Below, piece by piece: positions 56,261-64,000 of a DNA stretch of 64,000 bases (positions are counted from its first letter, which is position 1; each line of letters begins with the position of its first letter). The DNA is taken from contig JAFZMH010000008.1 in NCBI GenBank assembly GCA_017553325.1, positions 180,964 through 244,963 on the forward strand, read 5' to 3'. The DNA is from Clostridia bacterium (GTDB lineage: Bacteria; Bacillota; Clostridia; Christensenellales; CAG-917). The notes under the pieces were generated by a model. That model saw only the letters and a list, made by a program, of their open reading frames with translations. It had not been told where the DNA came from and did not search any database. Position numbers and translations under genes: made by a program.

Positions 56261-57151
56261 TTAGTCGCTCAAAATCGTTGCGTTTTTAAGCGTGTAGACG
56301 ACGTAGTAGGTTTCGCCGTCGCTCGTGATAGGTTCAACGAATTTGACGAGTACGTTCTTCATCGTGAGCGCGCTGTTGGACGCTTTCATCGGGTCAACCG
56401 CATAGTAAAGCGTTTGGCTGAGCCCCGCGACTTTGGTCGAGCGGGAGAGAGAAATCCTGTAGCAACTGACCGCGCTTTGGTCGAGGGTTGCGGTGTAGGC
56501 AGTTTCGACGTTTTCAAGAGCAGAGCAACTTGCGTTCAAGGTGACGGCGGAGATTTCGGTTTGAGATACGAGGGGTACCGCAAACGAAAAACTGAAATTC
56601 GTGGAGAAAGTTTGCACCGTACGCAAAGATTGATGAAACTCGTTGTTGTCGAAATAGGTGCCCGAAAGTTTTATCGTGCCGCTATTTGATATGCCGTTTA
56701 TGACTCTTTCATAACTGAAATTCGCGCCGTAATAGGTGCCTTGCATACGGAAAACTTCTTCGCCGTTCTCTTTCTGCACGCGGGATGAGCTCGCCGGAGT
56801 CATAAGGGAAGTGCCGTCCACTATGTTGAAATAGCAAGCGGTTGTGTATTCCGTCGTGCCCATAACGAGATGCCCCGTGACGAGCATGCCCTTTGGAACG
56901 TTGACGAGCGCTTCGCGGAAATAGTCGTGAATGGTCGAGCCGGCGGGATACTTTTTGATGCTGACGGTGTAGGTGCCGTTTGTGTTCGTGAGCCCGTTTG
57001 TGACGTCGTAGACGAAGACTTCTTCCTTGTGGTCGATGAGGAAGTCGGAAAGTTGTCCCTGAGTGGTCGCTCTGTTGCAGGCAACGAGCGTCGTTGCCAA
57101 AATCGCGAGAACGAATATTGACAATACCAAAATAATAAGTTTTTTCTTCAT
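56261..57151 (-). CDS. Lipoprotein of unknown function
   Basis: MKKKLIILVLSIFVLAILATTLVACN gives a signal peptide and lipobox. The start was trimmed to ATG 57151. I recognise no domain. Confidence 0.7.
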   Translation of the reverse strand: MKKKLIILVLSIFVLAILATTLVACNRATTQGQLSDFLIDHKEEVFVYDVTNGLTNTNGTYTVSIKKYPAGSTIHDYFREALVNVPKGMLVTGHLVMGTTEYTTACYFNIVDGTSLMTPASSSRVQKENGEEVFRMQGTYYGANFSYERVINGISNSGTIKLSGTYFDNNEFHQSLRTVQTFSTNFSFSFAVPLVSQTEISAVTLNASCSALENVETAYTATLDQSAVSCYRISLSRSTKVAGLSQTLYYAVDPMKASNSALTMKNVLVKFVEPITSDGETYYVVYTLKNATILSD

Positions 57152-57401
57152 AATACGTTTATTATAGCACAAAACAAAAATCCTGCAAGAAAAACGAGCA
57201 CAATTTCGAAAAACTGCGAATTTTTTTGTTCTCTCTCCGCGTACCGAAAACGGGACGCCTCGTTTGCTATAATTGCCTATGATAGGCAAAAGAAAAAACC
57301 AATACTCTGTTTTTTCAACTCAAATATATAAAATATAATTATATTTTATATATTTGCAAAAAGCGCTTGAATTTGAAACGATACGGACGTATAATCAAAC
57401 T

Positions 57402-60400
57402 ATGAAAATCGTAATTTCCAACACGTCGCACGGCGCCTACAAGGGCGTGGTGCAAGAAATCAAAAAGCATTTGGACGCTCAATCTGAAAACGTGGTGCTT
57501 GCTCCCGACCGCTTTACGGCGTTCGTGGAGAGGGGGCTTATTTCCACGCTCGAACTCGAGAGCACTTTCGGCATCGAGGTTATGTCCTTTACGCGTCTTG
57601 CGAACAAACTCATCGGTAAGGACATCAAAAAGTGCCTTACGCCCGAGGGTTCGGTCATGTTGATAAGCAAGGTCATTTTGGACGTCAAGGACAAACTTTC
57701 CTACTATAAAAACGTGACCAAAACCGACGGTTTCGCAAGCGAACTGTACGCCGCGCTCACCGCGCTCAGGAACAGCGGAGCGACTGCGGAGTCATTGCGT
57801 GAAAAGGCTCAAAAAATCGAGGACGGAACGCCGCTCAAGGCAAAACTCCTCGACATATCGCTGATTTACGCCGAGTACCTCGTGCAACTTGAAGAGAACC
57901 ACAGCGACTCCTCTACGCGACTCGTTGCGCTTGCCGAGTATCTTTCATCTCACCCCGAGTCCGTCGCAAACAAGCGGTTTTATTGTACGGACATATACGA
58001 GTTTTCCTCTCCCGAGCTTGAGATTTTGAGAAGTATAGACAAATATGCGTTGTCTCTGACGATAGGCGTCACGAGTGGCTACGATAACCCGAACAAGCGC
58101 ATTTACCCGGATAGGGTTATTGCAAAACTCAAATCTATCTGTGACGGCAAAGCGGAAATCGTGAGAAACGACGAGACTTTGTCTCCGCCTATCGAAGCGG
58201 TGTCAAGGTGGCTGTTCTCCTATTCGTTGCCAAAGGCGAGAGTGGAAAATCGCGACGAAAACGGAAACGAAAAGATTGTTCTCCGCGTGGCGAAAGACCG
58301 CTACGACGAGATATTGAAGCTCGCGCTCGACGTGTCACGCCACGTGCGCGAAGGCGGGCGATACAAAGATATAGAGGTGTTCGTCAGCGATATGGACTCC
58401 TATCAGGCGGAGATAAAAGCCGTCTTTTCAAGATACGGGATACCATTCTTTATCGACCAAAAAGAACTGTTGTCCGAGCAGACGAAAGTGCGCTATCTTC
58501 TCTCTGCGCTCGCAGTAGTGCGAAGTGGTTTCAGATGCGCGGAAGTCATAGATTTCGTCAAAAATCCGCTCTTTTTCGAGTGCCTTGAAAACGGGGAAGA
58601 AGAGGTGTTTTTGTTTGAAAACTACGTGCTCAAATACAACGTCGACCATTCGAGGTTTTTGTCTCCTTTCGAACTTGACGATAGATACGGCAAATCGCAT
58701 AATCAAGAGTTTAAGTTTGAAGAATTGGATGAAAAAACCCGTTTTATGCTTGAAAGCGAGGAGAACGTCGTCCCAGAGAGAGTGCGTCAAAAACTCGTTG
58801 AAACGCTTGTGAAAATCAACTTTAAGGGCGTCGTTCAAACGTCTGAAATCACGAGTGGGTGCAAGCAACTTTTGATTGGCGTGAACGAGGCGTGGAAAAA
58901 GCACGTCGAAAAACTTGCCGAGATCAGTATGTTCTATGAGAAGTGCGCGGAGCAAGTCGACCAAAAGATCGACGCCGTGCTCGACGAAATCGACGACGTC
59001 ATCAAAGGGGCGCGCATCGTGAGCGAATTCGAGGCTATTTTGAAGTCGATGATAAAGACTTTGAAGATTGCGCTCGTGCCGACGTATCTCGACTGCGTGT
59101 TCGTCGGGAGTTTCGACAGCAGATTTATGGGCGGAATGGACGTCTACGTTTTGGGCGCGGTCAGCGGTAAGTTGCCGTCGTCGCAGGGTGGTGGCGTCGT
59201 CATCAACCCGAACGACGAAGAAGCGCTCGAAAGTTTGGGCGTCGAAGTTTCGCCAACGTCCTATCAAAAAATTATGACGGGGATGTACGCCGTGTGCGAC
59301 ATTATGAAAAAACCGCACGGCAAACTCGTCGTGTCGTATCCCGAAATCGCCGACGGGGCGTTTATGAAGCCCTCCGTAGTGATAAGCGAACTTATGGGAA
59401 TACTGTCGCTAAACAGCGAACCGATAAAGCCCGAACGCATAGACTTTGAACATCTCAGCAAAATTTACGGGGACGAAAGGATCAAACTCACGGCTGATTT
59501 GTTCGCGACGAAGCGCGGGACATATCACGAGGTTTTGAGGAGCGCGCTCCCGAGCGTGTCGCCGTCCTCGTCATCATCCAAGGTGTTGCCGGAGGAACTT
59601 TTGACATACGGCACGGCGTTCGATACGCTTGAAGTGGGCGACAAAACTAGATTTGAGAGTTTTGGCGTGGAGCCTGAGAGAATAAACGTCCGACGCAAAG
59701 CATTGCCGACTACGAGCGTAAGCAGGCTCGAAAAGTTTTATTCCTGCCCGTATCAGCATTATTTCGCCTATATTCTTTCTTTGAAAGAGCGTCAGGAAGG
59801 CGAGTTTTTGGGGACGGAAAACGGCACGATTTTGCACTGTGTTTTGGAACAGTTGTTTACGGACATTCGAGACGGCAAAGTGGACGACGAAACGCTTGAC
59901 GGAAAGTGCGACGTATATTTCGACCTCGCGGTAAAGGAAAAGGGATACGAATATCTCTATGAAAAACCGCACACGAGGCGCGCGCTCTTGAGACTTAAAC
60001 GCGAGAGCGCGACCATGGTGAAAAATATGTTCGAGTTGAGCAAGCGTTCGAGTTTCAAACCATACTTGCTCGAAGCGAAAATAGGCAAAGAACCGATACT
60101 TCCGCTCTCGATAATCGCGGGAGAAAAGAAAGTCGGGTTCAAAGGCGACATAGACAGAATAGACGTGAAGGACGACGATTTTCTCATCGTCGACTACAAG
60201 ACATTCAACGCGACGAGCGATTTAAAGGAATTGTATTACGGACAAAAAATACAACTTTATATCTATATGAAAGCCGTTGAGAATAGCCTGAAAAAGCGTC
60301 CCGTCGGCGTTATGTACTTGCCGATTTTGGACGGTTTCGTCAAAAAGGACGAGCGCAAATACGTTTATCAAGGACAGTTTTTAAACGACGACGCCGTACT

Positions 60401-60719
60401 CGAAGCACTAGACGAAAAGTATGCGACTTCAAAGACGGAGACGGTTTTGCCTTTGACGCCTACGGGAAAACTAAGCGCAAACGTCTTTCTTGAAGACAAC
60501 GTTCTCGATAAGCTTGGCGATTATGCGCTTGCAGTTGCCGCCAAGGGCGAAGAGGCAATCGAAAACGGTTTTATCAAGCCGTTCCCCGTCAGGAACAAGT
60601 GCAATAAATGCGACTATAAAGATATATGCGATTACTATATGTCGAAGGAAAGAGCGAAGGGAACCGTCGGGCTCGGAGCCTTTGACCTGACCGAAGAGGA
60701 AGAGGAGGAAACGATATGA
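57402..60719 (+). CDS. addB: Helicase-nuclease complex subunit B (AddB/RexB type)
   Basis: A C-terminal PD-(D/E)xK nuclease (GDIDRIDV..IVDYKT) is flanked by four Cys (CPYQHY ... CNKCDYKDIC), an AddB-type Fe-S arrangement. The N-terminus has no canonical Walker A. It overlaps addA via ATGA. Confidence 0.88.
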   Translation: MKIVISNTSHGAYKGVVQEIKKHLDAQSENVVLAPDRFTAFVERGLISTLELESTFGIEVMSFTRLANKLIGKDIKKCLTPEGSVMLISKVILDVKDKLSYYKNVTKTDGFASELYAALTALRNSGATAESLREKAQKIEDGTPLKAKLLDISLIYAEYLVQLEENHSDSSTRLVALAEYLSSHPESVANKRFYCTDIYEFSSPELEILRSIDKYALSLTIGVTSGYDNPNKRIYPDRVIAKLKSICDGKAEIVRNDETLSPPIEAVSRWLFSYSLPKARVENRDENGNEKIVLRVAKDRYDEILKLALDVSRHVREGGRYKDIEVFVSDMDSYQAEIKAVFSRYGIPFFIDQKELLSEQTKVRYLLSALAVVRSGFRCAEVIDFVKNPLFFECLENGEEEVFLFENYVLKYNVDHSRFLSPFELDDRYGKSHNQEFKFEELDEKTRFMLESEENVVPERVRQKLVETLVKINFKGVVQTSEITSGCKQLLIGVNEAWKKHVEKLAEISMFYEKCAEQVDQKIDAVLDEIDDVIKGARIVSEFEAILKSMIKTLKIALVPTYLDCVFVGSFDSRFMGGMDVYVLGAVSGKLPSSQGGGVVINPNDEEALESLGVEVSPTSYQKIMTGMYAVCDIMKKPHGKLVVSYPEIADGAFMKPSVVISELMGILSLNSEPIKPERIDFEHLSKIYGDERIKLTADLFATKRGTYHEVLRSALPSVSPSSSSSKVLPEELLTYGTAFDTLEVGDKTRFESFGVEPERINVRRKALPTTSVSRLEKFYSCPYQHYFAYILSLKERQEGEFLGTENGTILHCVLEQLFTDIRDGKVDDETLDGKCDVYFDLAVKEKGYEYLYEKPHTRRALLRLKRESATMVKNMFELSKRSSFKPYLLEAKIGKEPILPLSIIAGEKKVGFKGDIDRIDVKDDDFLIVDYKTFNATSDLKELYYGQKIQLYIYMKAVENSLKKRPVGVMYLPILDGFVKKDERKYVYQGQFLNDDAVLEALDEKYATSKTETVLPLTPTGKLSANVFLEDNVLDKLGDYALAVAAKGEEAIENGFIKPFPVRNKCNKCDYKDICDYYMSKERAKGTVGLGAFDLTEEEEEETI

Positions 60720-63700
60720 CGAGCGCGCTTGACGTAAAAGATATTTACCTGCCCGAAGAACTCACCGACGCTCAAAAGCGAGCGGTCACCGAGGACGGAG
60801 AGATAATAGTCTCGGCGTCGGCAGGCTCGGGAAAGTCCTCCACGATGATAAAGCGTATTTTGAGGCTACTCCTTGAAGGCGTTTCGTTGAAAGATATGCT
60901 CGTTCTCGTCTACAACAACGCCGCGGCAGACGAATTGAGAGAGAAATTGCACGACGCGCTCTTTGCCGTCGCTTGCAGATTGGACGGAGAAAAGCAGGAA
61001 TTTATAAAGAAGCAACTTGATGAATTGTCGTTTGCGCATATAAGCACGATACACGCGTTTTGCCAGTCCCTCATAAAGGAAAATTTCAGCGTGCTCGGAA
61101 TATCGCCGACTTTTGAAGTGCTTGACGAAAACGCCAACGACGAATATATGAACGAGGCGCTGGACAACGTCTTCAACGCGTACGGCGAGGAAGAAGACGA
61201 AACTTTTGAGCGCATATCCGAGATATTCTCCCGTCACAGAAAGGACGACAATCTCAAGGAAAATATAAAACGACTCTTTAACACCATAGACATTCAATCT
61301 GACAAAGATGCGTTTTTCGACAACGTGCGCGAGTGCTACAAGGACTTTGAAGACAGCAAATTTTTTGACATAATTCTTGCGTACGAGCACGATTTTTTCG
61401 GCAAAGCGGCAAAAGTTTTGAAACCTTGCAAGGAACTGTTCGACAACTGTGAAGAAGTAAGTTCTCTCCTGAGTTATCGCGCCAAAATAGCAAACGCCTA
61501 TGATACGGCGGTCAAGATTGCAACCGCAAACAGTTTCACCGAAATGTGCAATGCGGCGTACGAGTTTAGAGATACTACCGTTAAACTGAATAATTGCGAC
61601 GAAGCGTACACCTCGGTCGTGCCGACAGCGAGGTTGTGCATCAGCGATATGAAAGAAGAGATGACGGAACTCAAAATGTTTTTCGGCAATGCGGAAACGA
61701 TAAAAAAGGCGCACGAACAGAGCGGGAAGATAGTCGAAAAACTCATCGAGATAGTGGGGCGTTTCGGCAAAGAACTCGCGCGCCTCAAAGAAGAGGACAA
61801 CGTGCTCGGGTTTGAAGATTTACAACACAAGGCGGTTGAACTTTTGACAAACGAAAGCGTGAACTTGAAAAAGTACAAGCAAGTGTTCGTCGACGAGTAT
61901 CAGGACGTAAACCCGACGCAGGAGTTTATCATCTCGAAACTTGTGGACGGCAACTGCTTTATGGTGGGCGACACGAAACAAAGCATCTATGCTTTCCGCC
62001 TCGCGGACCCGACGAATTTTTCAAACAGGCAGGCGAGATACGAGCGAGGAGAGGGTACGGCAATATATTTCAATCGCAATTTCAGGAGCGCAAGGCAGAT
62101 ACTCGAAGCGGTAAACGGGGTTTTCGACGTGATTATGACGGTGGACTCCGCCGGCGTCGATTACAAGCGTACCGCCAGATTCGAGCTTGAAAACGCAGTG
62201 CCGGACGGAGACGTCGAATTGCACCTCTTCAAACTTGAAAACGCTAAGGAACAAAAGGACGGTCCCCACGGCGTATACGACATAACCACCGACGAAGAGA
62301 GCGCCGAAACGCTGACTTCGGCAGACGCGGAAGGAATATTTATAGCAAACAAAATCAAGGAACTTTACGGCAGAGCTATCGGCGACGACGGCTATTTGAG
62401 ATACGGAGATTTCTCCGTATTGTTCCACAGCCGCTCCGCAAACGCGCAGAGGGTTATAAACCGTTTGAGACAGGCGGGCATACCCATCGACGACAGCGGT
62501 TTCGAAAAGACAAAGTCCGCGCCCGAGCGCGAGTTGATGCTCATTTTGAACGCGATCGACAACCCGAGACAGGACATCGCTTTCGCGGGGTATCTGCTCT
62601 CGTTCTTCGGTGGATATACGGAGGAAGAACTTGCACAAATAGCCGCTTTGGACGCGGGCACTTTTTACGACAAGTTTTTGATATATTCAAAAAAGGACGA
62701 CGCGCTCGCAAAGAAAATTCTTGCCACGATGAGCGTCCTTGACCGTTATAGAGTCAAGGCGAGTTTCAAAAACGTCAAGGAATTGGCGGGCGGTATCGTC
62801 GCGGACTTCTCCTACGACGCGTATTTGATGAAGAACGGCGAAGCGGACGTCTACGGACTCAAAGCCTTTATCGCCGGCATCTCGGACAAGGACAACGAGT
62901 CGCTCGGCAGATTTTTGCGCGAGTACGGGACGGAGACTTCAAAGAGGTCGGCGCAGACAGAGTGCGATAGGGTGCACGTCTCCACATTCCACGGTTATAA
63001 AGGACTTGAAAACGAGGTCGTATTCGTGAGCGATTTGGGCGCGACTTTCAACAGTAAGGACGTTTCGGGAGACCTTACAATAAACCCAAAGGGCTATCTG
63101 GCGCTCAACTATTTTGATTTTGACAGGAATGAAAAGAGCGAGTATACTCTCTCGAAATTCGCGGTCAAAAAACTTCATGACAAAAAGACCGTCGGCGAAG
63201 AGATGCGCCTCATGTACGTAGCGATGACGCGCGCAAAGAGATATATGTATTTGACTTCGTCGATAACCGAAACGAAACGCAAAAATAACTTCGGCGAGAT
63301 AAAAAGAATAGCGTTGCCGCATAGTATGCTCGATTTGATTGGCAACGCGCTCGCAGATGGGTGCAACCTAAAAACTTATAATCATACCGAGGAGGACTTT
63401 TCGAGCGCGTCCGCAAACGCCGTCAAATACGTCCTGCCCCCCGCTGACAAAGTGCTTGAAAGGGAGATACTTGCGGCTCAAACCTTTGAATATCCGCACG
63501 AAAACGCTACGAGACTTGCAATCAAGTACAGCGTGTCCGCTCTTGACAGTTTGGACGAGCAGGCGGTTTCTGCGTTTGCGGAGGGCGAATTCAAAAACGT
63601 CGGCACGATATATCACAAGGTCATGCAACACGTCGACTATTTCGCAAAGGGCGTCGACGGAGTGAAACGCGAGATAGAAAGACTCCTTCAAGAAAAGCTT

Positions 63701-64000
63701 TTGACCGAAGAGGAAATCGCGACGATAAGGGAAGTTGACGGCGAGAATTTCGAGCGCAAGATAGAGACCTGCCTTGCAAGCGATATCATGGAAACCGCCC
63801 GCAAATTTGAAAAGCAGGGCAGGTGTTTCAGAGAAAAAGCCTTTATGATGTACAAGCCCGCAAGGGAGATAAAGGACGATTTCGACGCGGACGAAAAGGT
63901 GCTAGTGCAGGGCGTTATAGACCTCTTTATCGACGGCGACGAGAAGATAATCGTCGATTTCAAGAACTCGAATCTCAAAGATGAAGAAACGCTCAAAAAG
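60716..64000 (+). CDS. addA: Helicase-nuclease complex subunit A (AddA/RexA, UvrD-like), 3' end beyond window
   Basis: Not in the ORF track because it is open at the window edge. My translation reads MTSALDVKDIYLPEELTDAQKRAVTEDGEIIVSASAGSGKSSTMI. It also contains VFVDEYQDVNPTQ, VGDTKQSIYAFR, NFRS and VSTFHGYKGLE, which are UvrD/AddA helicase motifs. Confidence 0.92.
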   Translation, partial: MTSALDVKDIYLPEELTDAQKRAVTEDGEIIVSASAGSGKSSTMIKRILRLLLEGVSLKDMLVLVYNNAAADELREKLHDALFAVACRLDGEKQEFIKKQLDELSFAHISTIHAFCQSLIKENFSVLGISPTFEVLDENANDEYMNEALDNVFNAYGEEEDETFERISEIFSRHRKDDNLKENIKRLFNTIDIQSDKDAFFDNVRECYKDFEDSKFFDIILAYEHDFFGKAAKVLKPCKELFDNCEEVSSLLSYRAKIANAYDTAVKIATANSFTEMCNAAYEFRDTTVKLNNCDEAYTSVVPTARLCISDMKEEMTELKMFFGNAETIKKAHEQSGKIVEKLIEIVGRFGKELARLKEEDNVLGFEDLQHKAVELLTNESVNLKKYKQVFVDEYQDVNPTQEFIISKLVDGNCFMVGDTKQSIYAFRLADPTNFSNRQARYERGEGTAIYFNRNFRSARQILEAVNGVFDVIMTVDSAGVDYKRTARFELENAVPDGDVELHLFKLENAKEQKDGPHGVYDITTDEESAETLTSADAEGIFIANKIKELYGRAIGDDGYLRYGDFSVLFHSRSANAQRVINRLRQAGIPIDDSGFEKTKSAPERELMLILNAIDNPRQDIAFAGYLLSFFGGYTEEELAQIAALDAGTFYDKFLIYSKKDDALAKKILATMSVLDRYRVKASFKNVKELAGGIVADFSYDAYLMKNGEADVYGLKAFIAGISDKDNESLGRFLREYGTETSKRSAQTECDRVHVSTFHGYKGLENEVVFVSDLGATFNSKDVSGDLTINPKGYLALNYFDFDRNEKSEYTLSKFAVKKLHDKKTVGEEMRLMYVAMTRAKRYMYLTSSITETKRKNNFGEIKRIALPHSMLDLIGNALADGCNLKTYNHTEEDFSSASANAVKYVLPPADKVLEREILAAQTFEYPHENATRLAIKYSVSALDSLDEQAVSAFAEGEFKNVGTIYHKVMQHVDYFAKGVDGVKREIERLLQEKLLTEEEIATIREVDGENFERKIETCLASDIMETARKFEKQGRCFREKAFMMYKPAREIKDDFDADEKVLVQGVIDLFIDGDEKIIVDFKNSNLKDEETLKK

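Overview
This looks like a chromosomal segment from a Bacillota (Clostridia-like) genome. The clues are CIRCE operators, AddAB, a class-II GalT, a YuaJ-type ThiT, and THF, TPP and M-box riboswitches. I cannot name the species. It is mostly housekeeping, with about 55 genes. These include a THF-riboswitch-controlled folate operon (folC-folE-folP-folB/K), a CaCA antiporter, mscL, a TPP-riboswitch thiT, tRNA-Gln and tRNA-Pro, an S58 peptidase, an RlmI-like methyltransferase, a P1B heavy-metal ATPase, and clpB. Further along are a TetR regulator with a heterodimeric ABC exporter, trkHA, mscS, yhbY, potABCD with an HTH-cupin regulator, dCMP deaminase, groESL, and M-box-mgtE. The window ends with dnaX-ybaB-recR, a 1431-aa BspA-like LRR lipoprotein, divergent galT/galK, lgt, pncB, a DivIVA-domain protein and addB-addA. 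Both window edges cut genes: a GH2 hydrolase at the start and addA at the end. I saw no rRNA, CRISPR array, transposase, integrase or reverse transcriptase. The most unusual signal is an unnamed family of 120-190 bp palindromic elements, with 5 full copies and 1 fragment. Each starts at the stop codon of the upstream gene, always in the same relative orientation. Their stems co-vary while two unpaired boxes stay conserved. There are two visibly AT-rich islets. One is a C-protein-regulated type II restriction-modification cassette between two of these elements. The other pairs a paralogous 66-aa XRE regulator with a leaderless 104-aa ORF of unknown function. All coordinates and motifs were read by hand and no searches were run.
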